35,634 bases of DNA from Chloroflexota bacterium (GCA_043754535.1 JAYUUN010000084.1:62001-97634), one strand, 5' to 3'; shown: positions 6,850 through 17,467, counted from the stretch's first letter. Made by a program: numbers and translations. Notes: generated by a model from the sequence alone, not told the origin.

Positions 6850-7701
6850 CTAGCGTGCGCCCAGCAAGTGGTTGAGCCAGTCGCCCAGGCCGCTACCAAG
6901 CTGGCTGAGGAAGCGATTGAAGCTGTCAAAGCGCAGGAAGTCCCAGACCTGCTCTCGAAAGAGGAGGGCAATGATCGCGGCCAGACAGAACGACGCGCCA
7001 ATCGGCACGAAGTCGTTCATCTGCTTGCGGCGCAACAGCAGCAGTAGCAGGGTAGAGAGGCCCGCCAGCAGTACGCCGAGCAGGAGAGTGCTGATCACAT
7101 TGGGGTAGCCGAGCATCAGGCCGAGCATCACCGCCAGTTGCACATCACCGAAGGCCAGCGCGTCGCCACCGTAGGCTGCCTGCCCCAGCAGGTGCAACAG
7201 GTAGATCAGCCCGCCCCCGATCAGTGCGCCACCCAGTGGCCCGCCGAAGCCCACGCCAGGGATCAGCAGCGCACCCAGCAGCGCAAGTACAGCCCCCGCC
7301 ACCAACACCACCAGGTAGATGTCGTGGAACCGCCAATCTAGCACCAGCGTAACCAGCAGCACGAGGGCGTAGAGGGCGTACAGCACCCCCGCCCAGCCCC
7401 AGCCATAATCCAGGTAAGCAAACAGCACCAGCAGCCCGCTAGCCAACAGAACCGCCACCTGCGCGATCAACTGGCGCGTTCTAGCCGTTGCTACGTCTGG
7501 TAGCACTGCGCTGCCAGTCCCTGCCCCTGCGCCCCCGTCCTGGGAGAGGGCAGGGTCGATCTCTACTTCTTCCCCCTCGTGGGGGAGGGCAGGGTAGGGG
7601 TCTTCCGCTACCGTCTCGCTAACAAGGGCCAGGCGGGCGATTACCCAGTTGGCCGCAAAGCCGAGCAGCACACCGACAGCGAAAGCAAGGGTTGGGGCCA
7701 T
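6850..7701 (-). CDS. A24-family prepilin peptidase lacking the N-terminal zinc-binding cysteines
   Basis: Multi-TM protein with catalytic Asp motifs LDWRFHDI and ALAFGDVQL, and C-terminal VPIGASF; ATG 7701 overlaps the aroE stop (TGATG). Confidence 0.85.
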   Translation of the reverse strand: MAPTLAFAVGVLLGFAANWVIARLALVSETVAEDPYPALPHEGEEVEIDPALSQDGGAGAGTGSAVLPDVATARTRQLIAQVAVLLASGLLVLFAYLDYGWGWAGVLYALYALVLLVTLVLDWRFHDIYLVVLVAGAVLALLGALLIPGVGFGGPLGGALIGGGLIYLLHLLGQAAYGGDALAFGDVQLAVMLGLMLGYPNVISTLLLGVLLAGLSTLLLLLLRRKQMNDFVPIGASFCLAAIIALLFREQVWDFLRFDSFNRFLSQLGSGLGDWLNHLLGAR

Positions 7702-8546
7702 CAATGTGCCTCGCGCAGGGCCGCAAACATGACTGCCAGCGGCGCACTCTGCCCTGTCCACAACTCGAATGAACGCGCCCCCTGGTAGACGAGCATCGGC
7801 AGGCCGTCCAGGGTGCGTGCGCCACAGGCCTTCGCCTCACGCAGCAAGCGGGTCGGCTTGTAGAGCAGGTCAACCACCAGGGTGTGGGGGCGGAGCAGGT
7901 TGGCGGGAACAGGGGAGGCTTCTGGCTCGGCGGGGCTGAGGCCAACGGCAGTAGCGTTGACCAGCAGATCGTAGGGTTCAGCCTCCAGTTCGCCTATGGC
8001 GGCAAGGGCTACCGCTCGCACTGTGGGCAGCCTGGCCCGCAACGCATCAGCCAGCGACTCGGCGTGGGCGAGCGTGCGATTGAGGATCGTCAGGCTGGCG
8101 ACCCCGGCCCCGACCAGGGTGTGGGCCACCGAGTGTGCCGCGCCGCCTGCCCCCAGCAACCAGACGTGCTTACCCGCAGGATTACACCCGCCGTCCTCGC
8201 GCAGGGAGCGCAGAAAGCCCGCCGCATCGCTATTGTGGCCGACTAGCTGACCATTGTGGTTGACGATCACGTTGACCGCACCAATCTCTGCCGCCTCCTC
8301 ATCAAGGCGGTCGAGCAGGGGGATGACCTGCTGCTTATAGGGGACGGTCACGTTCGCGCCGAGGTAGTCGGGCCAGCGCAAGTCCAGTACCCGCGCCACC
8401 AACTCCTCCGCCGCCGTCTCCCACAGTCCATACTGGCAGGCCAGGTGCAGGTGGTCGAAGGCGGCCTGCTGCATCAGCGGTGACAGGCTGTGGCCGACCG
8501 GGTAGCCGATCAGCCCCACCTTGCGCCCCTCAGCCGCTCTAGCCAT
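7701..8546 (-). CDS. aroE: Shikimate dehydrogenase
   Basis: GYPVGHSLSP, GANVTVPYK, GAVN, NSD, LGAGGAA, NRT, GLPMLVYQG motifs; start ATG 8546 (alternative 8567). Confidence 0.95.
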   Translation of the reverse strand: MARAAEGRKVGLIGYPVGHSLSPLMQQAAFDHLHLACQYGLWETAAEELVARVLDLRWPDYLGANVTVPYKQQVIPLLDRLDEEAAEIGAVNVIVNHNGQLVGHNSDAAGFLRSLREDGGCNPAGKHVWLLGAGGAAHSVAHTLVGAGVASLTILNRTLAHAESLADALRARLPTVRAVALAAIGELEAEPYDLLVNATAVGLSPAEPEASPVPANLLRPHTLVVDLLYKPTRLLREAKACGARTLDGLPMLVYQGARSFELWTGQSAPLAVMFAALREAH

Positions 8547-8586
8547 TATGCCACCTTCTTCCACCATCCCTATCAGGACGTTGCCC

Positions 8587-9774
8587 CTACTGGTTGCAGG
8601 TGCTGTACTTGGCTACCTTCTTCAGATGTTCGGCATATGTCTTGGAGAAGTCATGTCTCCCATCACCATCACAGGTAGCAACAAAGAACTGGTCTTCGCT
8701 AGCAAGCGGGTTGGCTGCCGCCTTGAGGCTAGCTAGCCCTGGGTTGGCAATCGGGCCAGGCGGTAGCCCCTTGACTGCGTAGGTATTGTAGCCACCCATG
8801 TCGCCCTGGTCGCCCAGTGGCCCCTTCGCCGCGAGGTCGGCAATCTTCGGCCACCAGGCACTGGGGCTACCCTGCGCGTATTGCACGGTCGGGTCAGCGG
8901 CCAGCAGGTGATCTGCGCTCTTGATCAGGCGGTTCCAGTAGACGGCGGCAATGTGCGGGCGTTCGTCTTCCACCTGCGCCTCACGCTCGACGATGCTGGC
9001 GATCACCAGTGTATCGTAGAGGCTGTGACCGTTCTTCTGGGTGTCGGTGAGAATGTTGCCCTCGGTCAGCTTGCTGTCCATCGTTGCCAGCATCTTCTTG
9101 AGGATAGTTTGCTCCATGTTCTGCTGGTCGGCAGTTGGGGTAGGGGTAACCTGCTTGCCGTCCAGTTCGATGGTGCTGGTTGGCTGCACCGATATGTCGT
9201 ACTTGGCGGGGAAAAGGAAGCCTTCAAGGCTGTTATTGGCGGTAAAGTTGCCCTTGTTGTCGCGGATGCCGCGCCCAGCCAGCCAAAGGTAGCCGTAATC
9301 GTCCTGACTGGCGTTCTTTGCCAGGGCAGTAAAGCGCGACTCGTCGGTGATCAGGCCAGCCTTCTTCAGCGTGGCGGCGATCTCCTCGATCCGCTCGCCC
9401 TCGCGCACCAGGAACGACTTCTGGGCGAAGGGAGGGGCTGTGCTGATCACAGTCAGTATTTTGTCGTAGCCCATGCTCGGCTTAAGCTGGTAGGTGCCAG
9501 CCTTGATCGCCCCAGCCTTGCCGCCAAAGCGGGCGACATTCTCCATCCACCAGGCCGAACGGATCAGCTTCTGATCCTCAAGCCGCTGGGACACCGGCTT
9601 GAGCGTATCCCCCTCCTGCACGGTGAAGGCAACGAGGGAAGCATTAGGGTCGGTGCTGACTGGCTGGCCGAAGTCGAAGGCACTGTAGATCAGGATCGCC
9701 ACCCCCGCGACGGCGGCAATCATCGCCCCACCAATCAGGATTTGCACGAGGCGGCCCAAATAACGCAAAATCAT
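8587..9774 (-). CDS. mltG: Endolytic transglycosylase MltG (YceG family)
   Basis: N-terminal TM, IKAGTY, LEGFLFPAKY, ASIVEREA (catalytic Glu), ADPTVQY, YNTY...GLPPGPIANPG. Confidence 0.95.
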   Translation of the reverse strand: MILRYLGRLVQILIGGAMIAAVAGVAILIYSAFDFGQPVSTDPNASLVAFTVQEGDTLKPVSQRLEDQKLIRSAWWMENVARFGGKAGAIKAGTYQLKPSMGYDKILTVISTAPPFAQKSFLVREGERIEEIAATLKKAGLITDESRFTALAKNASQDDYGYLWLAGRGIRDNKGNFTANNSLEGFLFPAKYDISVQPTSTIELDGKQVTPTPTADQQNMEQTILKKMLATMDSKLTEGNILTDTQKNGHSLYDTLVIASIVEREAQVEDERPHIAAVYWNRLIKSADHLLAADPTVQYAQGSPSAWWPKIADLAAKGPLGDQGDMGGYNTYAVKGLPPGPIANPGLASLKAAANPLASEDQFFVATCDGDGRHDFSKTYAEHLKKVAKYSTCNQ

Positions 9775-9822
9775 GCTTGCCAGGTACTCCGTTTCTATTC
9801 TCTACTGCTCAAAGGCCAGCCT

Positions 9823-9852
9823 ATTGTATCAGTTTTGCAGCGGGCGCGTCAA
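9823..9852 (-). promoter_or_regulatory. Putative sigma70 promoter of the mltG-aroE-peptidase operon
   Basis: Minus strand TTGACG-N18-TACAAT with an extended TG. Confidence 0.6.
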
Positions 9853-9890
9853 ACGAGGGGTGGAACGGTCGCCGTTCAAGATTGCGGCGG

Positions 9891-11861
9891 CTAATCCACG
9901 CCGCTGCGGAGGGCATTGAAGATCACTACCACGTCAATCGCCTCTTGCAGGATCGCACCGACGGTAGGCGGGATGTAGCCGAAGGCAGCAACCACCATCA
10001 GCACGATGCTGGCCCCGATGCCAAAGAAGATGCCCTGGGTGCCAACCCGCACCATGCGCTGGCCGATCTCGATCACGTCGGCTACGCGGCCAACGTTGTC
10101 CACCGTCAGCACTATGTCTGCCGCGTCGGTGCTAATGCCCGCGCCGTGACCGCCGAGGGCCACCCCGACGGTAGCAGTCGCCAGGGCAGGTGCGTCGTTG
10201 ATACCGTCCCCGACCATCATCACCAACTTGTCCTGCCGCTTGAACTGCTCGATAGCCTGCACCTTCTGCTCTGGCAACAGTTGGGCCTTCACCTCGCTAA
10301 CCCCCACCTGCGCTGCGATCAACAGGGCGGCACCCTCGCTGTCGCCAGTGAGCATTACGGTGTGCAGCACCCCCAGCCGCTCAAGCCGCTGCCGCAGGTT
10401 GCGGGCTTCAGGGCGCACCTGGTCGCTGAAGATAGCTGCCCCTGCCGCCTGCCCACCTTCGGCGATGATCGCCAGGATTTTCCCTTCGCTGCTCAACCGC
10501 TTGAGTTCGGCGCGATAGCTCTCACCGATGTCCACACCACTGGCCCGCAGATAGCTGTCCGAACCAACCGCATAGCGCACCCCGTCGATCAGCCCACTTA
10601 CCCCCTTGCCAGCTACCTCTTGAAAGTCACGAACTGGTCGGGGCTTCAACCCAGCCAGGCGGGCTGCCTCTACCAGCGGGCGGGCAAGAATGTGAGAGGA
10701 GAATAGCTCGACCGAGGCGGCCAGGGCCAGCAACCGCTGCTCGTCACCAGCCTTTGCGCTAACCATCTGCTCGAAGCTGGGCTTGCCAATGGTCAGGGTG
10801 CCAGTCTTGTCGAAGATCACCGTCTTGATGCTACCCGCCTGCTCGATGCTCGCCCCCGACTTGACGATGATATTCAGCCGCGCCGCCCTGTTGATCGCCG
10901 ACAGTACTGCAAGCGGGGTGGCGATAATTAGCGGGCAAGGGGTGGCAACGGTGAGGACGGATAGGACGCGCACCCAATCTACCTGCCCGTCGCGGATGGT
11001 GAGGACGAGAACCAGGGCGCAGATTAGCAGGGTGATCACGGTGAAGCCAGGGGCGTAGCGGTCGGCTAGACGGCTGATCGGGGCTTTCTCCTCCTGGGCC
11101 TGCTGCACCATGTGGACGATCAGTTCGTACTTGCTCTCGTGCGACCGCTTGGTGGCGCGCATCTGCATCGCCCCGCTCAGGTTGATTGTGCCGCTGAACA
11201 GTTCGTCGCCGGGGTGCTTGTCCAGCGGCACTGGCTCTCCAGTCAGGGCCGACTCGTCCACCGCGCCCGTCCCCTCCATCACCACGCCGTCCACTGGCAC
11301 GATGTCGCCAGGGCGGATCAGCAGGATGTCGCGTACCTGCACCTCCTTGACTGGCACATCCACGAAGTCATCACCCGCCTTGCGGTGGGCGACAGCGGGG
11401 GCGCGCTTGAGCAGGTTCTCCAGGCTGCGGCTGGCGCGATGCAGGCCGTAATCCTCCAACGCGCCCCCCCCGGACTGCATGAGGACGATGATCGCCCCCG
11501 CCTCAAACTGGCCGAGGGCGACCGAGCCGACGATAGCCAGGGCTGCAATCACATCGGCGTAGAGGTGGCCCTCAGCCAACTCCTTCAGCGTCCCCCAAAC
11601 CAGCGGGATGCCACCAACGATGGTGACCAGGGCGAAAATCCAGTGGGAGGGGTGCTGACCGTAGAACTCAGCGGTGAGCGGCAGGGTGAGTAGGCCAAGC
11701 GCAATACCGATCACAGCGAAGGTGACGAGCGGGTAGGTGCGGGCCAGGCCCAACATCCCCGCCCTTCGCTGTTGCGCCAGCACGGTGCGGGCCGTCTCTT
11801 GGCTGGCGGGTCGTTCGCCCAGGCCAGATTGGTCAAGCTGCTGCGGGTCTCTAACATCCAT
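9891..11861 (-). CDS. Heavy-metal P1B-type ATPase (P1B-5-like signature)
   Basis: LTGEP, TPCP, DKTGT, MLTGD, GDGINDAPAL, QEAID motifs; ATG 11861 follows AGGAGG/GAGG. Confidence 0.92.
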   Translation of the reverse strand: MDVRDPQQLDQSGLGERPASQETARTVLAQQRRAGMLGLARTYPLVTFAVIGIALGLLTLPLTAEFYGQHPSHWIFALVTIVGGIPLVWGTLKELAEGHLYADVIAALAIVGSVALGQFEAGAIIVLMQSGGGALEDYGLHRASRSLENLLKRAPAVAHRKAGDDFVDVPVKEVQVRDILLIRPGDIVPVDGVVMEGTGAVDESALTGEPVPLDKHPGDELFSGTINLSGAMQMRATKRSHESKYELIVHMVQQAQEEKAPISRLADRYAPGFTVITLLICALVLVLTIRDGQVDWVRVLSVLTVATPCPLIIATPLAVLSAINRAARLNIIVKSGASIEQAGSIKTVIFDKTGTLTIGKPSFEQMVSAKAGDEQRLLALAASVELFSSHILARPLVEAARLAGLKPRPVRDFQEVAGKGVSGLIDGVRYAVGSDSYLRASGVDIGESYRAELKRLSSEGKILAIIAEGGQAAGAAIFSDQVRPEARNLRQRLERLGVLHTVMLTGDSEGAALLIAAQVGVSEVKAQLLPEQKVQAIEQFKRQDKLVMMVGDGINDAPALATATVGVALGGHGAGISTDAADIVLTVDNVGRVADVIEIGQRMVRVGTQGIFFGIGASIVLMVVAAFGYIPPTVGAILQEAIDVVVIFNALRSGVD

Positions 11862-11916
11862 TGATCCTCTAATCCTCCTTTGTACAGCCTTTTTGCACAA
11901 ACCATTCTTTGCCGTC

Positions 11917-11945
11917 AGTGTACCAAAAACAGCCGCAGTTAACAA
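11917..11945 (-). promoter_or_regulatory. Putative promoter of the P-type ATPase
   Basis: Minus strand TTGTTA-N17-TACACT with an extended TG. Confidence 0.4.
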
Positions 11946-12111
11946 ACCGAGATGCTACCCTAGCTTTTCAGCGTTGTAGTAGCTACAGCCAGCGAATGGG
12001 CAACCGCTAAAACGGTCGCGGATCGGCCTGTACCCACGCGGCGGGGGCGATGTGGTAGAATAGGGGGTAGGCTAACCAACCCATCTAGGCCACCTTACAG
12101 GACAGAGCTAC

Positions 12112-14082
12112 TTGACCGCACGCCGCCAACGCTTCGCCGCCATGATCGGGATATGCACTTTGCTGCTCGTTGCGGGTGGCACTTTCTTGCTCCTGCACCA
12201 GGCGGCAGTCAGCGACCCCCGCACCCTCTACCTGCGCGACCTGCCCCGACTGGACAGCAGCAGTCGCCTCTATCAGGTCTCCAGCCGCGACCCCAATGGC
12301 TGGAACAAGGATCGCGGCCAGTTCCTCTACCAGGAGGCGGGCAGTTATATGATCCTCGATGTGTATGGCAGCGGGGCTATCGAACGCATCTGGATGACCG
12401 CCGACGACATCGCCAACGTCGGCAACATCCAGCTATTCTTCGACGAGGCGATCACGCCAACGGTTGACCTGCCAGCTAGCGACTTCTTCGCCGGTCGCAC
12501 TGCCCCCTTTCTCGCACCCCTGGTTGGCGGGCCAGAGCTAGCCAGCGGCGGCCACTACAGCTACCTGCGCCTCCCCTTCGCCCACCGGGTGCGGGTCGCC
12601 ACTACCAAACTACCCTGGTACTACAACATTGAGTATAGCCTGAGCAGCAAGCCAGTTGCTGTCAGCTTCAACGGCCAGAGCGCAGACCCTAGCCAGCAAC
12701 TCTGGCAGCAGGTAGCCAGCGGTACCTTGCCGATCCCTTTCGGCGGGGGCAAGGCTGCGGACGGTAGCAGCCTGCATAGTGGCACTCTCACTCTCGCGGG
12801 CGGCACAGAGCGCACGCTTGGCAGCTTCGAGGGGCCAGCGGCGATTACTGCGCTCAAGTTGCAATGGCAAGCAGACCTCAAACCTCCTGAGCTAAACAAC
12901 CTGCGGCTGAAGATTTATTGGGATGGGGAGGGAGAGGCGGCGGTGGATGCGCCCCTAGGCTTCTTCTTTGGCAGCGGCATGGGCGAGTACGAGGTGCGCG
13001 CGCTACCCGTCGGGCTGGACAGCGGACGGCATCTGGGCTACAGCTACTTCCCAATGCCCTTCGCCCGCCACGCCCGTTTGACGCTGGTCAACGATGGGGC
13101 GCAGGCTGCTCGCCTCAACTACGAGGTAGAGAGCAGCGATAGCCTCTACCAGCAGGGCGAGATCGCCAGTCTCGGCTACTTCTACGCGCACTACAACTCG
13201 GCCAGCCCGCCGAGGCGCAAGCTCGACTACCCACTCTTGCAGGCGACGGGCAGCGGTAAGTACGTCGGCACCACGCTGGTGATTAGCGGCCCCGTCTACC
13301 TGCAAGAGGGCAATGAGCGGGTGGACGTTGATGGCAGCCAGACTTCGCAGTTGACTGGCACTGGCACAGAGGACTACTTCAACGCGGCATGGGGCTTCCA
13401 GCGCGGCAACTTCAGCCTGCCCAGCAGCGGCAATCCTGCTGGCAAGTTCGGCGGTGCGGTGGCGGCCTATCGCTTCTACCTGGCCGACCCCCTGCCCTGG
13501 GGTCGCAGCCTCAGCTTTGGCTTTGGTCACGGTGGCCTGGGCCGCAACTACCCCTACGATAACGATACCTACAGTTACAGCAGCCTCGCCTACAGCTACC
13601 AGCGGGCCACCGCCAGTCTGTCGCAGACCGACGAAATCAGCTTTGGCAAGTTGGGCAACGCCGCCGCCCACGCCTACACCAACACTGGGCAGGTGTGGAG
13701 CGGCACGGGGGTAGGCTACTATGAGCGCACCGAGGAGAAGGTGGCGGACGCGGGGCAGGCGATCACCGCTACTGGCGCGCTTACCTTCAGCCTTGCGGTT
13801 GACCCGGCCAACAGGGGCGTGCTGCTGCGGCGACGACTCGACTACCAGACTGGCTTCCAGCGCGGGCGGGTTAGCATAGATGGACAGGCGGCAGGCGTGT
13901 GGTACTCACCAGGCAATAATACCTTCCGCTCCTGGCGCGACGAGGAGTTTGTGCTGCCCGCCAGCCTGACCCAGGGCAAGAGCCAGCTAACCATCCGCGT
14001 TGACGTAGAGCGCGACCACTACCTGCCCGCCACCGCCGCCGCCTGGAACGAGTTCCACTACTGGGTCTACAGCATGAAGTAG
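12112..14082 (+). CDS. Membrane-anchored or secreted DUF2961 (GH172-like) glycoside hydrolase
   Basis: N-terminal hydrophobic helix; two repeats of GxxxIxxxW...IxFD/WDGE...VDxPxxxFF; YFPMPF; EGNERVDVDG...GTGTEDYFNAAWGF; YRFYLADP. Confidence 0.8.
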   Translation: MTARRQRFAAMIGICTLLLVAGGTFLLLHQAAVSDPRTLYLRDLPRLDSSSRLYQVSSRDPNGWNKDRGQFLYQEAGSYMILDVYGSGAIERIWMTADDIANVGNIQLFFDEAITPTVDLPASDFFAGRTAPFLAPLVGGPELASGGHYSYLRLPFAHRVRVATTKLPWYYNIEYSLSSKPVAVSFNGQSADPSQQLWQQVASGTLPIPFGGGKAADGSSLHSGTLTLAGGTERTLGSFEGPAAITALKLQWQADLKPPELNNLRLKIYWDGEGEAAVDAPLGFFFGSGMGEYEVRALPVGLDSGRHLGYSYFPMPFARHARLTLVNDGAQAARLNYEVESSDSLYQQGEIASLGYFYAHYNSASPPRRKLDYPLLQATGSGKYVGTTLVISGPVYLQEGNERVDVDGSQTSQLTGTGTEDYFNAAWGFQRGNFSLPSSGNPAGKFGGAVAAYRFYLADPLPWGRSLSFGFGHGGLGRNYPYDNDTYSYSSLAYSYQRATASLSQTDEISFGKLGNAAAHAYTNTGQVWSGTGVGYYERTEEKVADAGQAITATGALTFSLAVDPANRGVLLRRRLDYQTGFQRGRVSIDGQAAGVWYSPGNNTFRSWRDEEFVLPASLTQGKSQLTIRVDVERDHYLPATAAAWNEFHYWVYSMK

Positions 14083-14168
14083 GCAGCGTAACTGCGCTCC
14101 GCTGCTACCCTCTCTTGAAGCACTTTGGCAACAAAGGAGGGGTAGGCTGGCCCTGTACGCCACACAAC

Positions 14169-15134
<966 letters not shown>

Positions 15135-15153
15135 TCATCGTCCGTGCCAGCAG

Positions 15154-15183
15154 ATTGTAGCACAGTGGACAAAAGAGCGTCAA
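15154..15183 (-). promoter_or_regulatory. Putative sigma70 promoter of mdh
   Basis: Minus strand TTGACG-N18-TACAAT with an extended TG. Confidence 0.6.
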
Positions 15184-15213
15184 CCAGGCGCGGAGAGGTG
15201 AGATAGACCAGGG

Positions 15214-16134
15214 TCAGGGGTGACGTTCCTTCAGGCCCGCGACCAGAGCCACCCAGTCGCCCTCCTGCCGCCGCTCGTAGTGGTGGAAGCCAGCAGCGGC
15301 GAGGGCAATTGCCACTTCGTCGGCCCGCTCCGCAATGATACCGCTAGCGATCAACAGGCCGTCTGGCTTCAGTGCAGCAGCGAGGGACGCAGCGACTTCG
15401 ATGATCACGCGGGCGATGATATTGGCTACGATCAGGTCGAAGCTCTCGCCCTTCACGTTCTCAATCGTGCCGGGAGCAGCAGTGATCAGCGGCGCAACGG
15501 CGGGGTTGAGGGCCATGTTCTCGCGGGTGGCCCGCACTGCCACGTCGTCAATATCCACCGCCAGCACTGCACCTGCGCCCAGGCGGGCTGCCCCAATAGC
15601 CAGCACTCCGCTGCCAGTGCCGAGGTCTAGCACGCGCATTCCCCCACGCACGTAATCCTCAAGGGCAGCCAGGCAGAGGCGGGTAGTCTGGTGCAAGCCA
15701 GTGCCGAACGCGCTGCCGGGATCAAGGACGATTACGTGGTCACCAGGCTCGCTGCTGTGTTCGCGCCAGGAGGGTTGGATCACCATGTGCTGACCGATGC
15801 GTAGCACGTGGAAGTGTTCCTTCCAGGCGTTGTTCCAGTCCTCCTCCTCCTTCACTTCCACCTTCAGTGGGCTGACGTAGCGAATCTGGCCGAGGTGCCA
15901 GAGGTTGCTCTCCATCGCCACCCGCGCCTGCTCAGCCTTCGGGTCGGCTGGCACCCAGGTACGGATCGTCACCGGCTTGCTCAGGTCGATCTCGTACTTA
16001 TCCTCGTCCACATGGGGCAGGATCGGCTCCTCAATAGCTACCCCCTGGTTCCAGCCGTAGCGGGTGAACAACTCGCTGATCGCCTCCACCGCCTCACGGT
16101 CGGCTTCAACACTGAACTCTAGCCACTGGGTCAT
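15214..16134 (-). CDS. prmA: 50S ribosomal protein L11 methyltransferase
   Basis: EEDWNNAWKEHF, LDPGSAFGTGLHQTT, LDLGTGSGVLAI, DLIVANI, SGII; AAGGAG RBS before ATG 16134. Confidence 0.95.
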   Translation of the reverse strand: MTQWLEFSVEADREAVEAISELFTRYGWNQGVAIEEPILPHVDEDKYEIDLSKPVTIRTWVPADPKAEQARVAMESNLWHLGQIRYVSPLKVEVKEEEDWNNAWKEHFHVLRIGQHMVIQPSWREHSSEPGDHVIVLDPGSAFGTGLHQTTRLCLAALEDYVRGGMRVLDLGTGSGVLAIGAARLGAGAVLAVDIDDVAVRATRENMALNPAVAPLITAAPGTIENVKGESFDLIVANIIARVIIEVAASLAAALKPDGLLIASGIIAERADEVAIALAAAGFHHYERRQEGDWVALVAGLKERHP

Positions 16135-16219
16135 CCGTTTCTCCTTATAGGCAAACAAAAGGGGTGGGGCTTGCAGCACACAAAGCCCTCCCCCTCATTC
16201 TACCCGATCTCGCACCTTG

Positions 16220-17194
16220 CTAGAGGCACTCAAGGCTGCCGCCCGCCAGCCGCCAGCGATCCAGGCGGTTGAGCAAGAAGGGCACCTTGCCGATCAGGTA
16301 TGCTTTGCGCGGCTTGTTGACGAAAGCACGGCGGGAGAAGACATTGTAGCCGTTGCTCTCGATGCTGTTCAGGATGCGGCTGTAGAGCAGGGCGGAGGCA
16401 AGGATAGCGGGGCGGGCCGACTTGTCAAGCATGGCAATGCCACGCTGGGCCGAGCGGTAGTAGGTGCGGGCGCGGGCGATCTCAAAGTCCAGCAGGGCAG
16501 TGAAGTTCTCGTCGATCACCCCAGCCCGCAACCGCTCCTCGTCATAGCCGAAACGGGCGATATCCTCCTGCGGCAGGTAGATGCGGCCCATCCGTGCGTC
16601 CTCACCCACATCGCGCAGGATGTTGGTCAGTTGCATGGCAATGCCAAGCTCAATCGCATAGTCCACTGTCTGCTCACCGCCCTCATAGCCCAGCACTGGG
16701 AGCAGCAGCAGTCCGACCACCGAGGCGACCCGGTAGCAGTAGAGGCGCAAGTCGTCCCAGGTTTCGTAGCGCGACCGCTCCAAATCCATGCGCACCCCAG
16801 CGATCAGTTCCTGTGGTATCTTCAGTGGGATGCTATAGCTGTCGGCCACGTGCTGATAGACGAGCGCGACGGGGTGGCGCGGGCTGTGGTTGACCAACTG
16901 CTCCTCCCAGTCGTCGAGCAGGCCAGCGGGGTGTTCGCGGTGCAGGGGGTTGTCCACCAGGTCGTCAGTGTAGCGACAGAAGGCGTAGATCGACCAGATC
17001 GCGTCCCGCTTGGCGGTGGGCAACAGCAGTGAGGAGAGGTAGAAGGTGCGGGCGTGCCGCTTGATGAAGGCACGGCAGTAAACCTGGGCGGCGGTCAGGT
17101 CATTGAGCAGGAAGCGTTCGTCAGCCTCCCTGTTGGTTGAGCCGTCAGTCTGGCTATCCTGCAAGAACTTACGTGGATCCCAATTCGCACACAT
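16220..17194 (-). CDS. crtB: Phytoene/squalene synthase family protein (CrtB-like)
   Basis: ARTFY, YAFCRYTDDLVD, YCYRVASVVG, AMQLTNILRDVGEDARMGRIYLP, YNVFSRRAFV; AGAGG RBS before ATG 17194. Confidence 0.88.
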   Translation of the reverse strand: MCANWDPRKFLQDSQTDGSTNREADERFLLNDLTAAQVYCRAFIKRHARTFYLSSLLLPTAKRDAIWSIYAFCRYTDDLVDNPLHREHPAGLLDDWEEQLVNHSPRHPVALVYQHVADSYSIPLKIPQELIAGVRMDLERSRYETWDDLRLYCYRVASVVGLLLLPVLGYEGGEQTVDYAIELGIAMQLTNILRDVGEDARMGRIYLPQEDIARFGYDEERLRAGVIDENFTALLDFEIARARTYYRSAQRGIAMLDKSARPAILASALLYSRILNSIESNGYNVFSRRAFVNKPRKAYLIGKVPFLLNRLDRWRLAGGSLECL

Positions 17195-17352
17195 ATAACC
17201 TCTTTCCACCAACTCGTCCGCCCCGACCAGCAAGCCCCACCAACGCAGGCAGCTCTTTGCGAGCGGCAGTTGACACTTACTACAAACAAGGGTAGGCCAA
17301 TAGAGGAGCTTGAGGTGGCGAACTGTGCCAGCCCCACATTCCTGTTCCTGCT

Positions 17353-17382
17353 ATAGTAGCATCTATAACCCCTGTTTGTCAA
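17353..17382 (-). promoter_or_regulatory. Putative sigma70 promoter of crtB
   Basis: Minus strand TTGACA-N18-TACTAT with an extended TG. Confidence 0.65.
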
Positions 17383-17417
17383 GTGGCAGTGTATATACAA
17401 CAAGGCCGCGCAAGAGA

Positions 17418-17445
17418 CAACAAAACCCGCATAAGCGGGTTCTTG
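17418..17445 (-). terminator. Intrinsic terminator downstream of the 120-aa gene
   Basis: Minus strand AACCCGC-TTAT-GCGGGTT hairpin followed by TTGTTG. Confidence 0.7.
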
Positions 17446-17467
17446 CTGCGCTTATGTGGTTGCTTGC

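Noticed and set aside
8881..10706. Long plus-strand ORFs (337 and 309 aa) and similar antisense ORFs elsewhere
   Set aside because: They lie opposite confidently identified genes (mltG, P-type ATPase) and show no motifs, as expected for GC-rich antisense frames.
17345..17400. CarH/LitR-type operator at the crtB promoter
   Set aside because: The TnnACA-like hexamers are spaced 12-15 bp apart, not the regular 11-bp repeat expected.
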